Origin: an uncultured Chloroflexia bacterium
Lineage (GTDB): Bacteria; Chloroflexota; Anaerolineae; Anaerolineales; UBA4823
Length of the DNA: 64,000 nucleotides
Direction of reading: 5' to 3'
Assembly: GCA_963777965.1 (NCBI GenBank)
Contig: CAVZSS010000009.1
Coordinates: forward strand, 29,379-93,378
The notes below the pieces were generated by a model that was given only the letters and a program-made list of their open reading frames with translations, ran no database searches and was not told the origin of the DNA. The translations under genes were made by a program, and so were the position numbers. The first letter of the stretch is position 1, and every line of letters begins with the position of its first letter. Shown in pieces: positions 1-9,874 of the stretch.

Positions 1-837
1 CGTGCCGCATGAGCCCGGGCCTAAAACTTTTGCCACCCCGGGGTTAGAACGTGAGATGCGCGGGGCGCTCCACGTGACGAAGTCACGGTGCCCCCCGGGT
101 ACAAGCAGCATCGTCCCTGGCTCGATATTGGGATGGGAGTAATCGCCCACTGTTGCCGGGTCGAGCTTGTTGCCAGGCCAGTTGATGATCTCCTCCGGCG
201 TAACACCCAATCCATGCGATACACCATTCAGCCCTTCTCCTTCCGACCAGCGGTGATAGACACCATCCACGGGCATGATATTGAGCACCACTCCCGGGCG
301 TAGGTTATGCGGGTCGTCCGTCAGGGTGTAGTAATTGCCCCACAGGATCGTTTCGGGTTTCAAGCCAAACATCTCGGCGATACCGAAGATGGTATCGTCC
401 GTCTGCACGGTATAAGTGATGATCTCTGTGCGTGGGCGGGAAGGAATGGTAGTATGGAGCAGTGCGAGTCGGTAGATACCATGCCTATATGCCGGTCCAT
501 CAAACGTAAAAACCGGCATGATCGCTGGGATGGCAGTCGGGGTGGGTGTGGGTGCTTCGGCTGCCAGGGCAGCCGCATTGGGCGAGCTGATCTCAGCCTG
601 CTGAAAGCGCACGTAAAACAAGCGCATCCCCACCACTGCCAGTAAAATCAAGGCAATTGTCAGGAATGCGGTCCCCACCCGAAATACAGTTTCACCCAAA
701 CCTGCCTGAGATATTCTTTCCCAGATCAGCAAGAGCCGGTTTTCTTTGCTTGGTTTACCCCCAGAAGGTGTCTTTCCGGATCCCCTTGCATGTTCCTCAC
801 CGCCAGGGAATTCATCGAGATATCGATCTTTTGGCAT
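1..837 (-). CDS. LysM domain-containing membrane-anchored protein, N-terminal part (gene runs off the left edge; probable peptidoglycan hydrolase)
   Basis: Manual minus-strand translation from ATG (837-835) is open down to position 1. It is absent from the ORF track because there is no stop in the window. MPKDRYLDEF..., TM segment TAFLTIALILLAVVGMRLFYV, LysM-like motif YTVQTDDTIFGIAEMFGLKPETILWGN. Confidence 0.7.
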   Translation of the reverse strand, partial: MPKDRYLDEFPGGEEHARGSGKTPSGGKPSKENRLLLIWERISQAGLGETVFRVGTAFLTIALILLAVVGMRLFYVRFQQAEISSPNAAALAAEAPTPTPTAIPAIMPVFTFDGPAYRHGIYRLALLHTTIPSRPRTEIITYTVQTDDTIFGIAEMFGLKPETILWGNYYTLTDDPHNLRPGVVLNIMPVDGVYHRWSEGEGLNGVSHGLGVTPEEIINWPGNKLDPATVGDYSHPNIEPGTMLLVPGGHRDFVTWSAPRISRSNPGVAKVLGPGSCGT

Positions 838-972
838 GGTTACTGTTCCGAGAGCATCTCCAATGCTTATGTAGAAAATTAGTGCTTATTGGTACAAATC
901 GTTTGGTCGATTTGCATCATAACATCCCATCAAACCTGCGTCAAGCCATCCAGATTAGGGTTGCTTAATCCA

Positions 973-2334
973 TCAAGGCTGGTTTATTCTGTCAGTGGCA
1001 GCCTGAGCTGCGCTCACAGGATCGTTTTGGGCTTTCAACACATCCACCACTGCCTGTTCCACGGGTAGTCCAATACTGGACAGGATGTCTGCCGCGGGCA
1101 AGAGCTGGGCAGAGTAAGAAATTTGCTGGAGCACTCGGCGTAGGTCTGCATCCTGCCAGCCTTGCAGGGCATCCACCCTGGTTGGCAGGTACCCTGCCGC
1201 CTGGGTCCAGGCGGATAAAAACTCTTTCTCCACCAGGAACTCAGCTAATTGGGCGCTTAGCGCACGCCGTTCAGGGTCCTGTCCAGCTAATGCCCAACTC
1301 CAGCCTGTAGCCAATGTGAACGGGGAACCATCCGATGTGGATACAGGTGCAACCAGCATGCCAGCAGGTGCACCAGGCTTGCCCTCCAAATAGGTTGATG
1401 CCCAGGTAATTGCCATCGGGGCTTGTCCTGCCATGAATGCTTCCCAGGCCTGGTCGTCATTTATATACTGGGTCAGCCAGTAGGGCATTACCCCAGCCTG
1501 GCTTGCACGCTGGTAAATATCAAGGATGGCACCCAATGTGTCTTTATCCATAAAGGGGCGTCCTTCTGCATCCTGAAGGCTTCCCCCCTTTGCCAGATAC
1601 GTTCCGAGGGTATAAAGGGCTTGAGGGTCGGTCGCTGGAAAGAGCATCACCTCTCCCAATGAAACCGCTTCTTCCAGGCTCTTGGGTGGGTTTTCAATCC
1701 GGGATGGATCATAAGCCAACACCATGGCATCCCCCGCGAAAGGTATCCCATATGTACTTGCTTTCAGGCTTGCAAGCTGCCCGGCATATTCAAACCATCC
1801 CGGGTCATCCATCAAGCTGGACAGGCCATCATATGGGTGAAGTAACCCCTTAAGTGCTGCCGATTCGAGCAATGGCCGCGGGAGGAGTACCAGGTCAGGC
1901 AAGGCCAGTGGAGCAGCAGCATTGGCGGAGGCTAGTGCATCGAGTAATCCACCTGCGCCATCCACGGCTTTTACCCGCATGTCCAGCTCGATCCCAGGGT
2001 TCTGTGCTTTGAATTCCTCCAGGCGGGCTTTTAAGAGCTGGCTGGCAGGGTCGTTGCCAGCTGGATCGAATTCGGGTGGCAGCCAGATACGTAATATCCC
2101 CGACTCTGCCGACTGCGTGGTGACCTGTGTTTTACCACCCGCGTTTGGAGTTGTGGCCTCCTCAACTGTGAGTGTCGCTGGGGCCATGGTTGGAAGCCCT
2201 GCCCCTGGGTCGGCTGTGCTGACCGGTTGGTTACTGCCAGGCTGGAATGACAGGCTGCGGCACCCAGTCAGGGCAAGTAAACACAGTAATAGCACGTAAA
2301 TTACATGGCGGTTGGTCATTAATGAATATGGCAA
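973..2334 (-). CDS. ABC transporter extracellular solute-binding lipoprotein (family 1, carbohydrate type)
   Basis: 453-aa ORF with lipobox LLCLLALTGC and an overall family-1 SBP-like sequence. No cognate permease genes are adjacent. Confidence 0.7.
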   Translation of the reverse strand: MPYSLMTNRHVIYVLLLCLLALTGCRSLSFQPGSNQPVSTADPGAGLPTMAPATLTVEEATTPNAGGKTQVTTQSAESGILRIWLPPEFDPAGNDPASQLLKARLEEFKAQNPGIELDMRVKAVDGAGGLLDALASANAAAPLALPDLVLLPRPLLESAALKGLLHPYDGLSSLMDDPGWFEYAGQLASLKASTYGIPFAGDAMVLAYDPSRIENPPKSLEEAVSLGEVMLFPATDPQALYTLGTYLAKGGSLQDAEGRPFMDKDTLGAILDIYQRASQAGVMPYWLTQYINDDQAWEAFMAGQAPMAITWASTYLEGKPGAPAGMLVAPVSTSDGSPFTLATGWSWALAGQDPERRALSAQLAEFLVEKEFLSAWTQAAGYLPTRVDALQGWQDADLRRVLQQISYSAQLLPAADILSSIGLPVEQAVVDVLKAQNDPVSAAQAATDRINQP

Positions 2335-2337
2335 TAC

Positions 2338-3339
2338 TTAAAGGTTTACCGGATGGCTGACCAGCTCCACCAGGAGCTGGACCGCCTGCTGTACATCATT
2401 GAAATCCACCATCTCGGAGGGTGAGTGAATATAGCGTGCCGGAATGGAAAGGCACCCGGCTGGGATGCCTGCGCGTGTCAGCTGCATGGCGCGTGCATCA
2501 GTGCTGCCGCTCTCCAAGATTTCCAATTGGTACGGTAAGCCTAGCTTCTCTGCCCCGCGCACCATCCAATCCACCACCCTGCGATCTGCCAGCATACCTC
2601 CATCGCGCACCTTGATGGCCGGACCTTTTCCCAGGCTGACTTCCATGCGCACCTTGGTGCGCCGGGGAGTATCTCCAGTTCCAGTCACGTCCACCGATAA
2701 GCCCAGGTCTGGGTCAATCCCATAGGCGGCCGCGGTTGCCCCCCGCACACCCACCTCTTCCTGCGTGCTGAAGACAAAGTATAGCTGGTGAGGGGTATTC
2801 TTGACCTGCCGTAGGGTCTCAACCAGCACAGCAACCCCCACCCGGTCGTCCATTGATTTTGCCACCAGGCGATTACCCAGGTCAAGGAAAGGGCGTTCGA
2901 AGACTGCTACATCCCCAACCTTTACGGGTGCATCCGTATGATCAGATAGACCAATATCGATGTATAGCTGCTCGATCGTGGGTACTTTGGTCGCATCGTC
3001 GAGTGGTTCCATATAAATCACACCAGAGACACCATTCAGAAAACGTACCCGGCCGCTAACACAGTTGTGTGGGCGCACACCACCCAGGGTAGTGAAGCGG
3101 ACGAAACCAGCCTCATCCACTTGTGTGACCATGACGCCAATTTCGTCAATATGCGCTGCTAACATGATCTTAATACCGTCCGCCCCACCCTTCCCTTTCC
3201 GGGCGATCAGGTTGCCCAGGGCGTCCACCTGTAGCTCATCAGCGTGCTTCTCGATCTCCGCCCGTACCACGGAACGGATTTGGGCTTCGTAACCCGAAGG
3301 GCCTGGGACCTCAACCAGTTTCTGGATCAAAGATTTCAT
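2338..3339 (-). CDS. M42 family metallopeptidase (FrvX/TET aminopeptidase-like)
   Basis: N-terminus MKSLIQKLVEVPGPSGYE, then LAAHIDEIG and DDRVG motifs typical of M42. Confidence 0.85.
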   Translation of the reverse strand: MKSLIQKLVEVPGPSGYEAQIRSVVRAEIEKHADELQVDALGNLIARKGKGGADGIKIMLAAHIDEIGVMVTQVDEAGFVRFTTLGGVRPHNCVSGRVRFLNGVSGVIYMEPLDDATKVPTIEQLYIDIGLSDHTDAPVKVGDVAVFERPFLDLGNRLVAKSMDDRVGVAVLVETLRQVKNTPHQLYFVFSTQEEVGVRGATAAAYGIDPDLGLSVDVTGTGDTPRRTKVRMEVSLGKGPAIKVRDGGMLADRRVVDWMVRGAEKLGLPYQLEILESGSTDARAMQLTRAGIPAGCLSIPARYIHSPSEMVDFNDVQQAVQLLVELVSHPVNL

Positions 3340-3411
3340 ACGCGCTCCTATGTATATCCTGAGATAATTCTCGCTTGCGTTAGGTTATTCAGTAATAAAG
3401 ACAGCTTGCTC

Positions 3412-4494
3412 TCATCTCTCCCCTGCCAGGATATCGGGGGTGAGGTGGAATAAGGCAGTTGCAACCAAATCCAGCGTGTCCTGCCAATCGGATAAGCGCA
3501 CAATGGCCGCTGGGCTGTGGTGGTATCGCCCCGGTACCGAAATGGAAGCACTCGGTATCCCCATCCGTTGCTTATGGATTGACCCGGCATCCGTGCCTCC
3601 ACCGCCCGGTTGACGAATCTGATATGGGATCCCATGTTCATCGCCTGTCTCAACCAGGTGGCGTACCAGGCGCGGGTCATACAGCGTGCCAGAATCAGCC
3701 ACATAGATAGCCGGTCCCTTACCCAACCGGGTGTTATAACGGACATTCTCATCAACATCCCAGGTAGGCAGGTCATAGGCTGGGGTTGAATCCAATATGA
3801 TTGCCATATCTGGGTTAAAGGCATAAGCTGCCACCCGGGCTCCACGCAAGCCAATCTCCTCTTGTACGGTGAATGCCGCTAGCAAATTGATCTGTGGTGG
3901 GGCATTCTTGACCAGCTCGATCAAAGTTGCAACCCCCAGTCGGTTATCCAATGCTTTACCACGCAGGCTCCCCCCTTGCTGGGAAAACACGGTGGCAAAT
4001 GCAGCCCGATCACCAACTTTTACCTTACCTGCCACTGGACCAACATCGATCCGTAGGTCGTCCAAGCCAACCGGCCTCCTTTGATCATCAGAATTTCCGA
4101 GATGCAATGGCTTGAGACCGATCACCCCTGGGATATGTTCTTTACCCACCCATACTGCCTTGGCGGGTAGGTCTGTAGTAGCCACCCCGCCCACAGTATC
4201 GAATCGGTAAATGCCGTCTCCAACATCATGCGTGAGCATTAAACCTACTTCATCCATGTGGGCTGCCAGCATCACCCTCATTAGATGTTCTCCAGAGCCG
4301 CGCCTGGTTGCCAGTACATTTCCGAGGGCATCCACATTCACTTCATCGGAAAAAGGTCGGATCTCTTCCAGCACGATCTTTCGTACCTCGCCCTCGTCCC
4401 CTGAAACGGCACAGGCATTCGAGAGACGCTCCAGGAGTTTGAGCTGCGCCTCACCAATCTGTGGGAGGTGTTTTTCTTCAGTCATTCTCACCAT
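3412..4494 (-). CDS. M42 family metallopeptidase, paralog 2
   Basis: LERLSNACAVSGDEGEVR, LAAHMDEVG and LDNRLG motifs. An alternative start is at 4485 (MTEEK). Confidence 0.85.
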   Translation of the reverse strand: MVRMTEEKHLPQIGEAQLKLLERLSNACAVSGDEGEVRKIVLEEIRPFSDEVNVDALGNVLATRRGSGEHLMRVMLAAHMDEVGLMLTHDVGDGIYRFDTVGGVATTDLPAKAVWVGKEHIPGVIGLKPLHLGNSDDQRRPVGLDDLRIDVGPVAGKVKVGDRAAFATVFSQQGGSLRGKALDNRLGVATLIELVKNAPPQINLLAAFTVQEEIGLRGARVAAYAFNPDMAIILDSTPAYDLPTWDVDENVRYNTRLGKGPAIYVADSGTLYDPRLVRHLVETGDEHGIPYQIRQPGGGGTDAGSIHKQRMGIPSASISVPGRYHHSPAAIVRLSDWQDTLDLVATALFHLTPDILAGER

Positions 4495-4496
4495 GA

Positions 4497-5555
4497 TTAA
4501 TCCTCCCAGGTTAATTTGTCCATGAAATTCTCATCCAGTTGGGCGATAAATTCTGCCACCAATCGCCCAGCTCGGGTGATATCTTTGAGTGCGACCATCT
4601 CAACAGGGGTGTGCATATATCTCAGGGGAATACCAATCACCAAATTGGGGATACCCTCTGCCACAAGCACCATCGCGTCTGAATCCGTGGCAGAATAGTG
4701 GGGTGCAGGTTCTATGGATAGAGGTATATCGAGCTGTTCAGCCATCCGGTTTATTGTTTTATACAGGTACGGGTGAACAATAGGTCCCCACATTAATGTT
4801 GGACCTTTCCCCATCGGGAAGGTCAGGTGACCGGGACTGGTGGGATCGCTTCCAAAAGTCACATCAATAGACACTGCCAGGCTGGGATGAAGCTGAAATG
4901 CTGAAGTAAACGCGCCTGCAAAGGTGACCTCCTCCTGCACGGTTGCCACCGCCCATACATCCCAAAAGTGGGGCCGGGTGCGCAATATCTCCAGGCAGTG
5001 GGTCAAGGAGGCCATGGATGCTCGGTTGTCAAGTGTATGGCCAACCAGGGTTTCTCCACCGGTTTCGAAGGGTGGCTGGGCAAATGATATTGGATCCCCT
5101 ACCCTCACCAGGCTAGCCACCTCCTCCGGCAGCAAACCAACATCCACCAGGAGGTACTCCAATGGCATAGCAATATTTTGCGCGCTGGGTGGTAACAGCC
5201 TTGCTGGCGTTGCTACGATCATGCCAGGCAGATCCCTGCGTCCATGCACGGTTACCATCTGGCCAGGTAAAACGCGCCCATCAATCCCGCCAATGGTTGT
5301 GACTCGCAGGAATCCATCGATAATAGCATTCACCATCAAGCCAATGGCATCCATGTGTACTGCCACAAGGATGCTTGGGCGTGGCTCTGGCCCGCTTCCC
5401 TGCTGATATCCGTGCAAGCTGCCCAACTTGCTGACGCTTAGCTTATCGGTGAGTGGTTTCCAGGCTTTTTCGATCAGGGGGCGAACACCTGATTCGTACC
5501 CAGAAATGCCCGGTGCTGAAATTAATTCTTTTAGAAATGGTAGGAGTTCTGTCAT
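4497..5555 (-). CDS. M42 family metallopeptidase, paralog 3
   Basis: LKELISAPGISGYE, VAVHMDAIG and LDNRAS motifs. Its stop lies 3 nt from the start of the next paralog. Confidence 0.85.
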   Translation of the reverse strand: MTELLPFLKELISAPGISGYESGVRPLIEKAWKPLTDKLSVSKLGSLHGYQQGSGPEPRPSILVAVHMDAIGLMVNAIIDGFLRVTTIGGIDGRVLPGQMVTVHGRRDLPGMIVATPARLLPPSAQNIAMPLEYLLVDVGLLPEEVASLVRVGDPISFAQPPFETGGETLVGHTLDNRASMASLTHCLEILRTRPHFWDVWAVATVQEEVTFAGAFTSAFQLHPSLAVSIDVTFGSDPTSPGHLTFPMGKGPTLMWGPIVHPYLYKTINRMAEQLDIPLSIEPAPHYSATDSDAMVLVAEGIPNLVIGIPLRYMHTPVEMVALKDITRAGRLVAEFIAQLDENFMDKLTWED

Positions 5556-5597
5556 GTTTTATTCAATCGATAATGTCAAATTCATGTCTTGTGATGG

Positions 5598-6134
5598 TCA
5601 TGGTGTTGGTCCGGGCACCCCAATTGTAATAGTAGGAGATGGGGTCAATGAAGGCTCCATAGTGGGTGAAGGGGTAAAGGTAAGTGTAGGCGGAGTGGTA
5701 TAAGTTGGTGAGGGGATGGGCGTGTTGGTAAAAGTAGGCGGTGGCTGGAAGGGTGTATTGCTGGGTGTCGGTGTTGTGCTTATCGTAGGGGTCGGGGTAA
5801 TTGACGGTGTGCTGGTAGTTGTCTCCGTTGAAGTAAGGGTCGGGGTGGGGCTGGGAGTCAATGTACTAAGGGTCGGTAAAGCAGTAAATGTGGTCAAGGT
5901 TTGCGAAGCAAACACCACTGCGGTCGAGGTGGATGTTGGAGAAGGAGTGACAGATGCATCCCCGTACCTGCCCGGTGCAAAAAGTACCGCCAATAGCCCG
6001 GCGCAATAACAGGGTATGGTCGCTAGAATCACGGCAACCAATACTTTGCGCAAACGTGAACGGGCAAATGGATCAGATGTCATGATCAGGTCCTGATGCG
6101 GGTAGATGATAACACCAAGTGAATAAAATGGCAA
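5598..6134 (-). CDS. membrane-anchored Thr/Pro/Ser-rich low-complexity protein
   Basis: One TM segment (VLVAVILATIPCYCAGLLAVLF) followed by about 120 aa of TPTP/SPTP-type repeats. A likely start is M18 (6083). Confidence 0.5.
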   Translation of the reverse strand: MPFYSLGVIIYPHQDLIMTSDPFARSRLRKVLVAVILATIPCYCAGLLAVLFAPGRYGDASVTPSPTSTSTAVVFASQTLTTFTALPTLSTLTPSPTPTLTSTETTTSTPSITPTPTISTTPTPSNTPFQPPPTFTNTPIPSPTYTTPPTLTFTPSPTMEPSLTPSPTITIGVPGPTP

Positions 6135-6188
6135 TCAAAGCACCTTGCGAGCGAGTATGCCTGGCGCTTCTTGCGGTACAATGAAGGG

Positions 6189-6956
6189 ATGCAATGGATT
6201 TACCTCTCTCCACATTTTGATGACGTTGCCCTTTCGTGTGGTGGTCTGGTTTGGGAACAGGTGCAAGCAGGTGATATGGTCAGCATCTGGACGGTATGTG
6301 CAGGCAGCGCCCCACCTGGAGAGCTCTCACCTCTTGCAAAAGAGCTGCACATGCGTTGGGATGCGAGCCAAGATGCGACCGCTCACCGCAGGCTGGAAGA
6401 CATCCGCTCCTGCCAACGCCTTGGGGCAAGTTACCTCTATTTCACCATTCCTGATTGTATATATCGCCGTAATATACACACGGACGAGTACTTGTATATC
6501 TCCGAAGAATCATTGAACGGTCCGCTCCTACCCGCAGACACTTACAATATAACCTTGATCGGGGAAGAAATTAAACGCTCCATCCAGGCAGATGTGGCGC
6601 TTGTCTGCCCGTTGAGCTTGGGAAATCATGTGGACCATCAGCTTACTCGCCTGGCAGCGGAAGGGATGGGGCATGCACTATGGTATTACCAGGATTACCC
6701 GTATGTATTGCGCACCAAGGAAAAGCTTGTCCTCATCGAGCAAGAAGGATGGGAAAATCATTGCTTTCCAATATCACCTCCGGGTTTGGTTGCCTGGCAG
6801 GACTCAATTGCTTACCATGGCTCCCAGATCAGCACATTCTGGATGGATGTGCTTGAGATGCGGCAGGCAATCAGCGATTACCTTGAAGAGAATAATGGCA
6901 TCCATTTGTGGAGAAAGCCCGGGTCTATATCTACGCTGGCCTCCCAGCAGATTTGA
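6189..6956 (+). CDS. PIG-L/LmbE family deacetylase
   Basis: MQWIYLSPHFDDVALSCGG (the PH-x-DD motif) and LGNHVDHQ (H-x-DH motif). The start is taken at the internal ATG of ORF 6171-6956. Confidence 0.8.
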   Translation: MQWIYLSPHFDDVALSCGGLVWEQVQAGDMVSIWTVCAGSAPPGELSPLAKELHMRWDASQDATAHRRLEDIRSCQRLGASYLYFTIPDCIYRRNIHTDEYLYISEESLNGPLLPADTYNITLIGEEIKRSIQADVALVCPLSLGNHVDHQLTRLAAEGMGHALWYYQDYPYVLRTKEKLVLIEQEGWENHCFPISPPGLVAWQDSIAYHGSQISTFWMDVLEMRQAISDYLEENNGIHLWRKPGSISTLASQQI

Positions 6957-7203
6957 TTGCGCTCCTGGCAGACGGAAAAGTCGAGGTCCAAGGAGATAAT
7001 TTTGGCACAGTTTATGCAAATATAGCTTGTCCAGGCATCAATCAGGTTTGGCATACATTTGGTGGTTTTCCTGCTGCAAGCAAAGGCAATTGGCAATGTA
7101 TTGATTGGCCTTGGAAAGATGATTATCCAATTTTTACATGAGATTGGAGATAACAGACAAGCATGTCATTCTGCAAAAGAAAAAATACCTGATGAAATTT
7201 GTC

Positions 7204-7232
7204 TTGCGTTTCCATGTGTTATGTGCTAAAAT
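7204..7232 (+). promoter_or_regulatory. sigma70-type promoter candidate upstream of greA
   Basis: TTGCGT (7204-7209), 17-nt spacer, TGc-TAAAAT extended -10 (7224-7232). This would leave a leader of about 140 nt before greA. Confidence 0.4.
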
Positions 7233-7379
7233 CACGGCGCGCGGTAGTAGGGAAGCTTTTCCCCACATACCGCATACTTTTCATAAGGGGTAGCCCAGGT
7301 TTATAACCAGCTTCCCAATTTAATGCAAAGAATCGCTCTACGAGAGTGGTTCTTTCATCTTTATAGACAGGACAGGAAG

Positions 7380-7841
7380 ATGCCTCCCTCATTCTTGACC
7401 AAGCAAGGGTACCAGAAATTACAAGAAGAACTGGAATACTTGCGTACAATAAAACGCCATGAAGTTGCTGAACGTTTGCACGAGGCAATGGAAGGCGGAG
7501 AATTGATTGAAGACGCCGAATACGAAGCAGCCAAGAACGAGCAAGCTTTCGTTGAGGGACGTATCCAGGAGCTGGAAATGCTTCTGGCAAACGCCCGCGT
7601 GATCGAAGAGACCGTCAAAGAAGACCATGTCCAGGTTGGCTCAACCGTGACCATTCGGGAAGGGGATAATCCGGAAGAGGTCTATACTATCGTTGGCCCT
7701 GCAGAAGCTTCACCGCGCGATGGTCGCATCTCAAACGAATCACCCTTGGGACGGGCATTGATGGATCATCATCCTGGAGATGTAGTCCGGGTGGACGCTC
7801 CAGGTGGATCCTTTACCATCAGTCTCTTAAAGGTGGATTAA
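7380..7841 (+). CDS. greA: transcription elongation factor GreA
   Basis: LTKQGYQKLQEELEYLRT...EDAEYEAAKNEQAFVEGRIQELE coiled-coil plus a C-terminal globular domain. Start taken at the ATG at 7380, inside ORF 7323-7841. Confidence 0.9.
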   Translation: MPPSFLTKQGYQKLQEELEYLRTIKRHEVAERLHEAMEGGELIEDAEYEAAKNEQAFVEGRIQELEMLLANARVIEETVKEDHVQVGSTVTIREGDNPEEVYTIVGPAEASPRDGRISNESPLGRALMDHHPGDVVRVDAPGGSFTISLLKVD

Positions 7842-7860
7842 GAAAGGGGCTAATATCCAG

Positions 7861-7892
7861 CCCCGCGCACAGATTCCTTGCGCGGGGTTTTT
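7861..7892 (+). terminator. intrinsic terminator after greA
   Basis: CCCCGCGCA / TGCGCGGGG 9-bp stem with a 9-nt loop, followed by TTTTT. Confidence 0.7.
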
Positions 7893-7939
7893 GCTTAAAT
7901 AGGACCAGAGTGACCAAGAATCAGGTTTGGAGTGATACC

Positions 7940-9469
7940 ATGACAAACGAACTTACCTCCCTGGAAATGAACCGCCTTGAAAAAATGGAGCGCTTACGAG
8001 CTATGGGAATTGAGCCATATCCGACTCGTGTGCTACGCACCCACACCAGCCAATCAGCCTGTCAAAATTTTGAGGCTGCAGAAACTGCAGCTCAAGGGCA
8101 ACAGCTGCAGCCTATAAAGGCATCCCTGGCAGGCAGGCTGCGCTCAATGCGCCCGATGGGTAAGATTACCTTTGCCCACATCGAAGACGGTGAAGGACGC
8201 ATTCAGCTCTTCTTTCGGGCAAATGATATCGGTCAGGATCAATTTGACCTCTTTAACCGTGAATTTGACCTTGGGGATTTCGTCCAAGCCAGTGGTGAGA
8301 TGTTCCGCACCCGTTCGGGTGAGATTTCCCTGCACGTGGAATCCTTCCAGATGTTGGCCAAAGCCATCACCCCATTGCCTGCCGGAAAAGATGAGCTGGT
8401 GGATGGTGAAGTTGTCAGCCATGGCGACCTGGTTGACCCAGAAACACGCTACCGCCAGCGCTATGCTGACCTGGCTGTCCACCCCGAAATTCGCCAGATC
8501 TTCCAGAAGCGGACAGCTATTGTGACTGCCTTACGCAGCTTCCTGGATGGACAGGGCTTTCTGGAAGTGGAAACTCCCATCCTGCAGCCAATTTATGGCG
8601 GTGCGGCTGCCCGTCCATTCATCACCCATCACAACCAGCTTCACCAGGACCTTTACCTGCGCATCTCCTTCGAGCTGTACCTCAAGCGCCTGCTCGTGGG
8701 TGGGATTGAACGTGTCTATGAGATTGGTCGTGATTTCCGTAATGAGGGCGTTTCTTTCAAACACAACCCCGAGTTCACCCAGCTGGAATTCTATTGTGCC
8801 TATGCGGATTATTTGCAGGTCATGGAAATGACCGAGCAGATGCTTGCCTTTGTGTGCGATCGTGTGTTGGGAAAGCGAAAGGTCACCTATAACGGCAGTG
8901 AGCTCAGCTTTGAAATCCCATGGCCGCGCCTGGAGCTGCGCCAGGGAATCATAAACACTTCTGGGATCGATATTGCCTCTTTTCCAACCGTAAAAAGCCT
9001 TGAAGCAGAGATGAAGAGGCAGGGCATTGAAACTAAACCCGGCGAAACGCGTGGCAAGCTAATCGACCAGTTATTGTCCGAGTTCCTTGAGCCAACCTTG
9101 ATCCAGCCCACATTTATATATGATTACCCGCGTGATTTATCTCCCCTGGCCAAGAGCAAACCAGGTGACCCACTGACAGTGGAGCGATTCGAGGGGTATG
9201 TGGCAGGAATGGAACTATGCAACGCCTTTACCGAGTTGAACGACCCGCTCGACCAGGAGAAACGTTTCCTGGAAATGGGCCGTGATTATGAAGCCGAGGA
9301 CGAGGAACACCATCCCATGGATGAGGATTACCTGCGGGCTATGCGCTACGGTATGCCCCCCAGCGGCGGCTTCGGATTGGGTGTAGACCGCCTGATAATG
9401 CTCATGACAGATCACCCCAATATCCGCGAGGTGCTCCTGTTTCCACACCTGCGGACTCGTGAAGAGTAA
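7940..9469 (+). CDS. lysS: lysine--tRNA ligase (class II)
   Basis: Full-length LysRS-like sequence: N-terminal OB anticodon-binding domain and class II core (FLEVETPILQ, FRNEG, GGFGLGVDRL). ATG 7940 is preferred over GTG 7910. Confidence 0.95.
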   Translation: MTNELTSLEMNRLEKMERLRAMGIEPYPTRVLRTHTSQSACQNFEAAETAAQGQQLQPIKASLAGRLRSMRPMGKITFAHIEDGEGRIQLFFRANDIGQDQFDLFNREFDLGDFVQASGEMFRTRSGEISLHVESFQMLAKAITPLPAGKDELVDGEVVSHGDLVDPETRYRQRYADLAVHPEIRQIFQKRTAIVTALRSFLDGQGFLEVETPILQPIYGGAAARPFITHHNQLHQDLYLRISFELYLKRLLVGGIERVYEIGRDFRNEGVSFKHNPEFTQLEFYCAYADYLQVMEMTEQMLAFVCDRVLGKRKVTYNGSELSFEIPWPRLELRQGIINTSGIDIASFPTVKSLEAEMKRQGIETKPGETRGKLIDQLLSEFLEPTLIQPTFIYDYPRDLSPLAKSKPGDPLTVERFEGYVAGMELCNAFTELNDPLDQEKRFLEMGRDYEAEDEEHHPMDEDYLRAMRYGMPPSGGFGLGVDRLIMLMTDHPNIREVLLFPHLRTREE

Positions 9470-9482
9470 GCCTTGTAATGCC

Positions 9483-9513
9483 AAACTGGCGGTCTACAAA
9501 CCGCCAGTTTTTT
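9483..9513 (+). terminator. intrinsic terminator after lysS
   Basis: AAACTGGCGG / CCGCCAGTTT 10-bp stem with an 8-nt loop, followed by a T-run. Confidence 0.8.
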
Positions 9514-9874
9514 GTTCATCCGTGCACTTAATTTAACGGTTGTGGGTATTCTGCTAATTATGGCTAATAAAGGTTAGGCAGTATGCCGCGATTTCCACGC
9601 CAGGAGCAGCCTGGCGTTTGGAAATGGCGGTGTCATCTCTCCTATGTGGCGTATACTGTGGAGATGGCTTTTATCGAGTTTCTCCGTCCTGATGTTGGAT
9701 TTCTGACCGAATGAACCAATTAGACGGGTATTGGAGTTAATATATAGAGGAGGAAACCATGAATAATCCCCAAACGATAGCTCTGGAGAAACCAGCGACC
9801 TTTTTCGATTTGCATCTGAGCTGCGTTTAACTAAGCACATCGGCGGGCTGCTATCGTTTAATAGAAACGGATAG

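Noticed and set aside
5640-5900. A tandem repeat or CRISPR-like array in GGTG/GGGT-rich DNA (also 14530-14700).
   Set aside because: The periodicity is codon-level low complexity inside Thr/Pro-rich coding regions. There is no constant repeat unit with unique spacers.
6908-7141. 77-aa ORF overlapping the PIG-L stop.
   Set aside because: It has a non-ATG start, no RBS and no motif, and it overlaps the 3-prime end of a supported gene. The evidence is insufficient.
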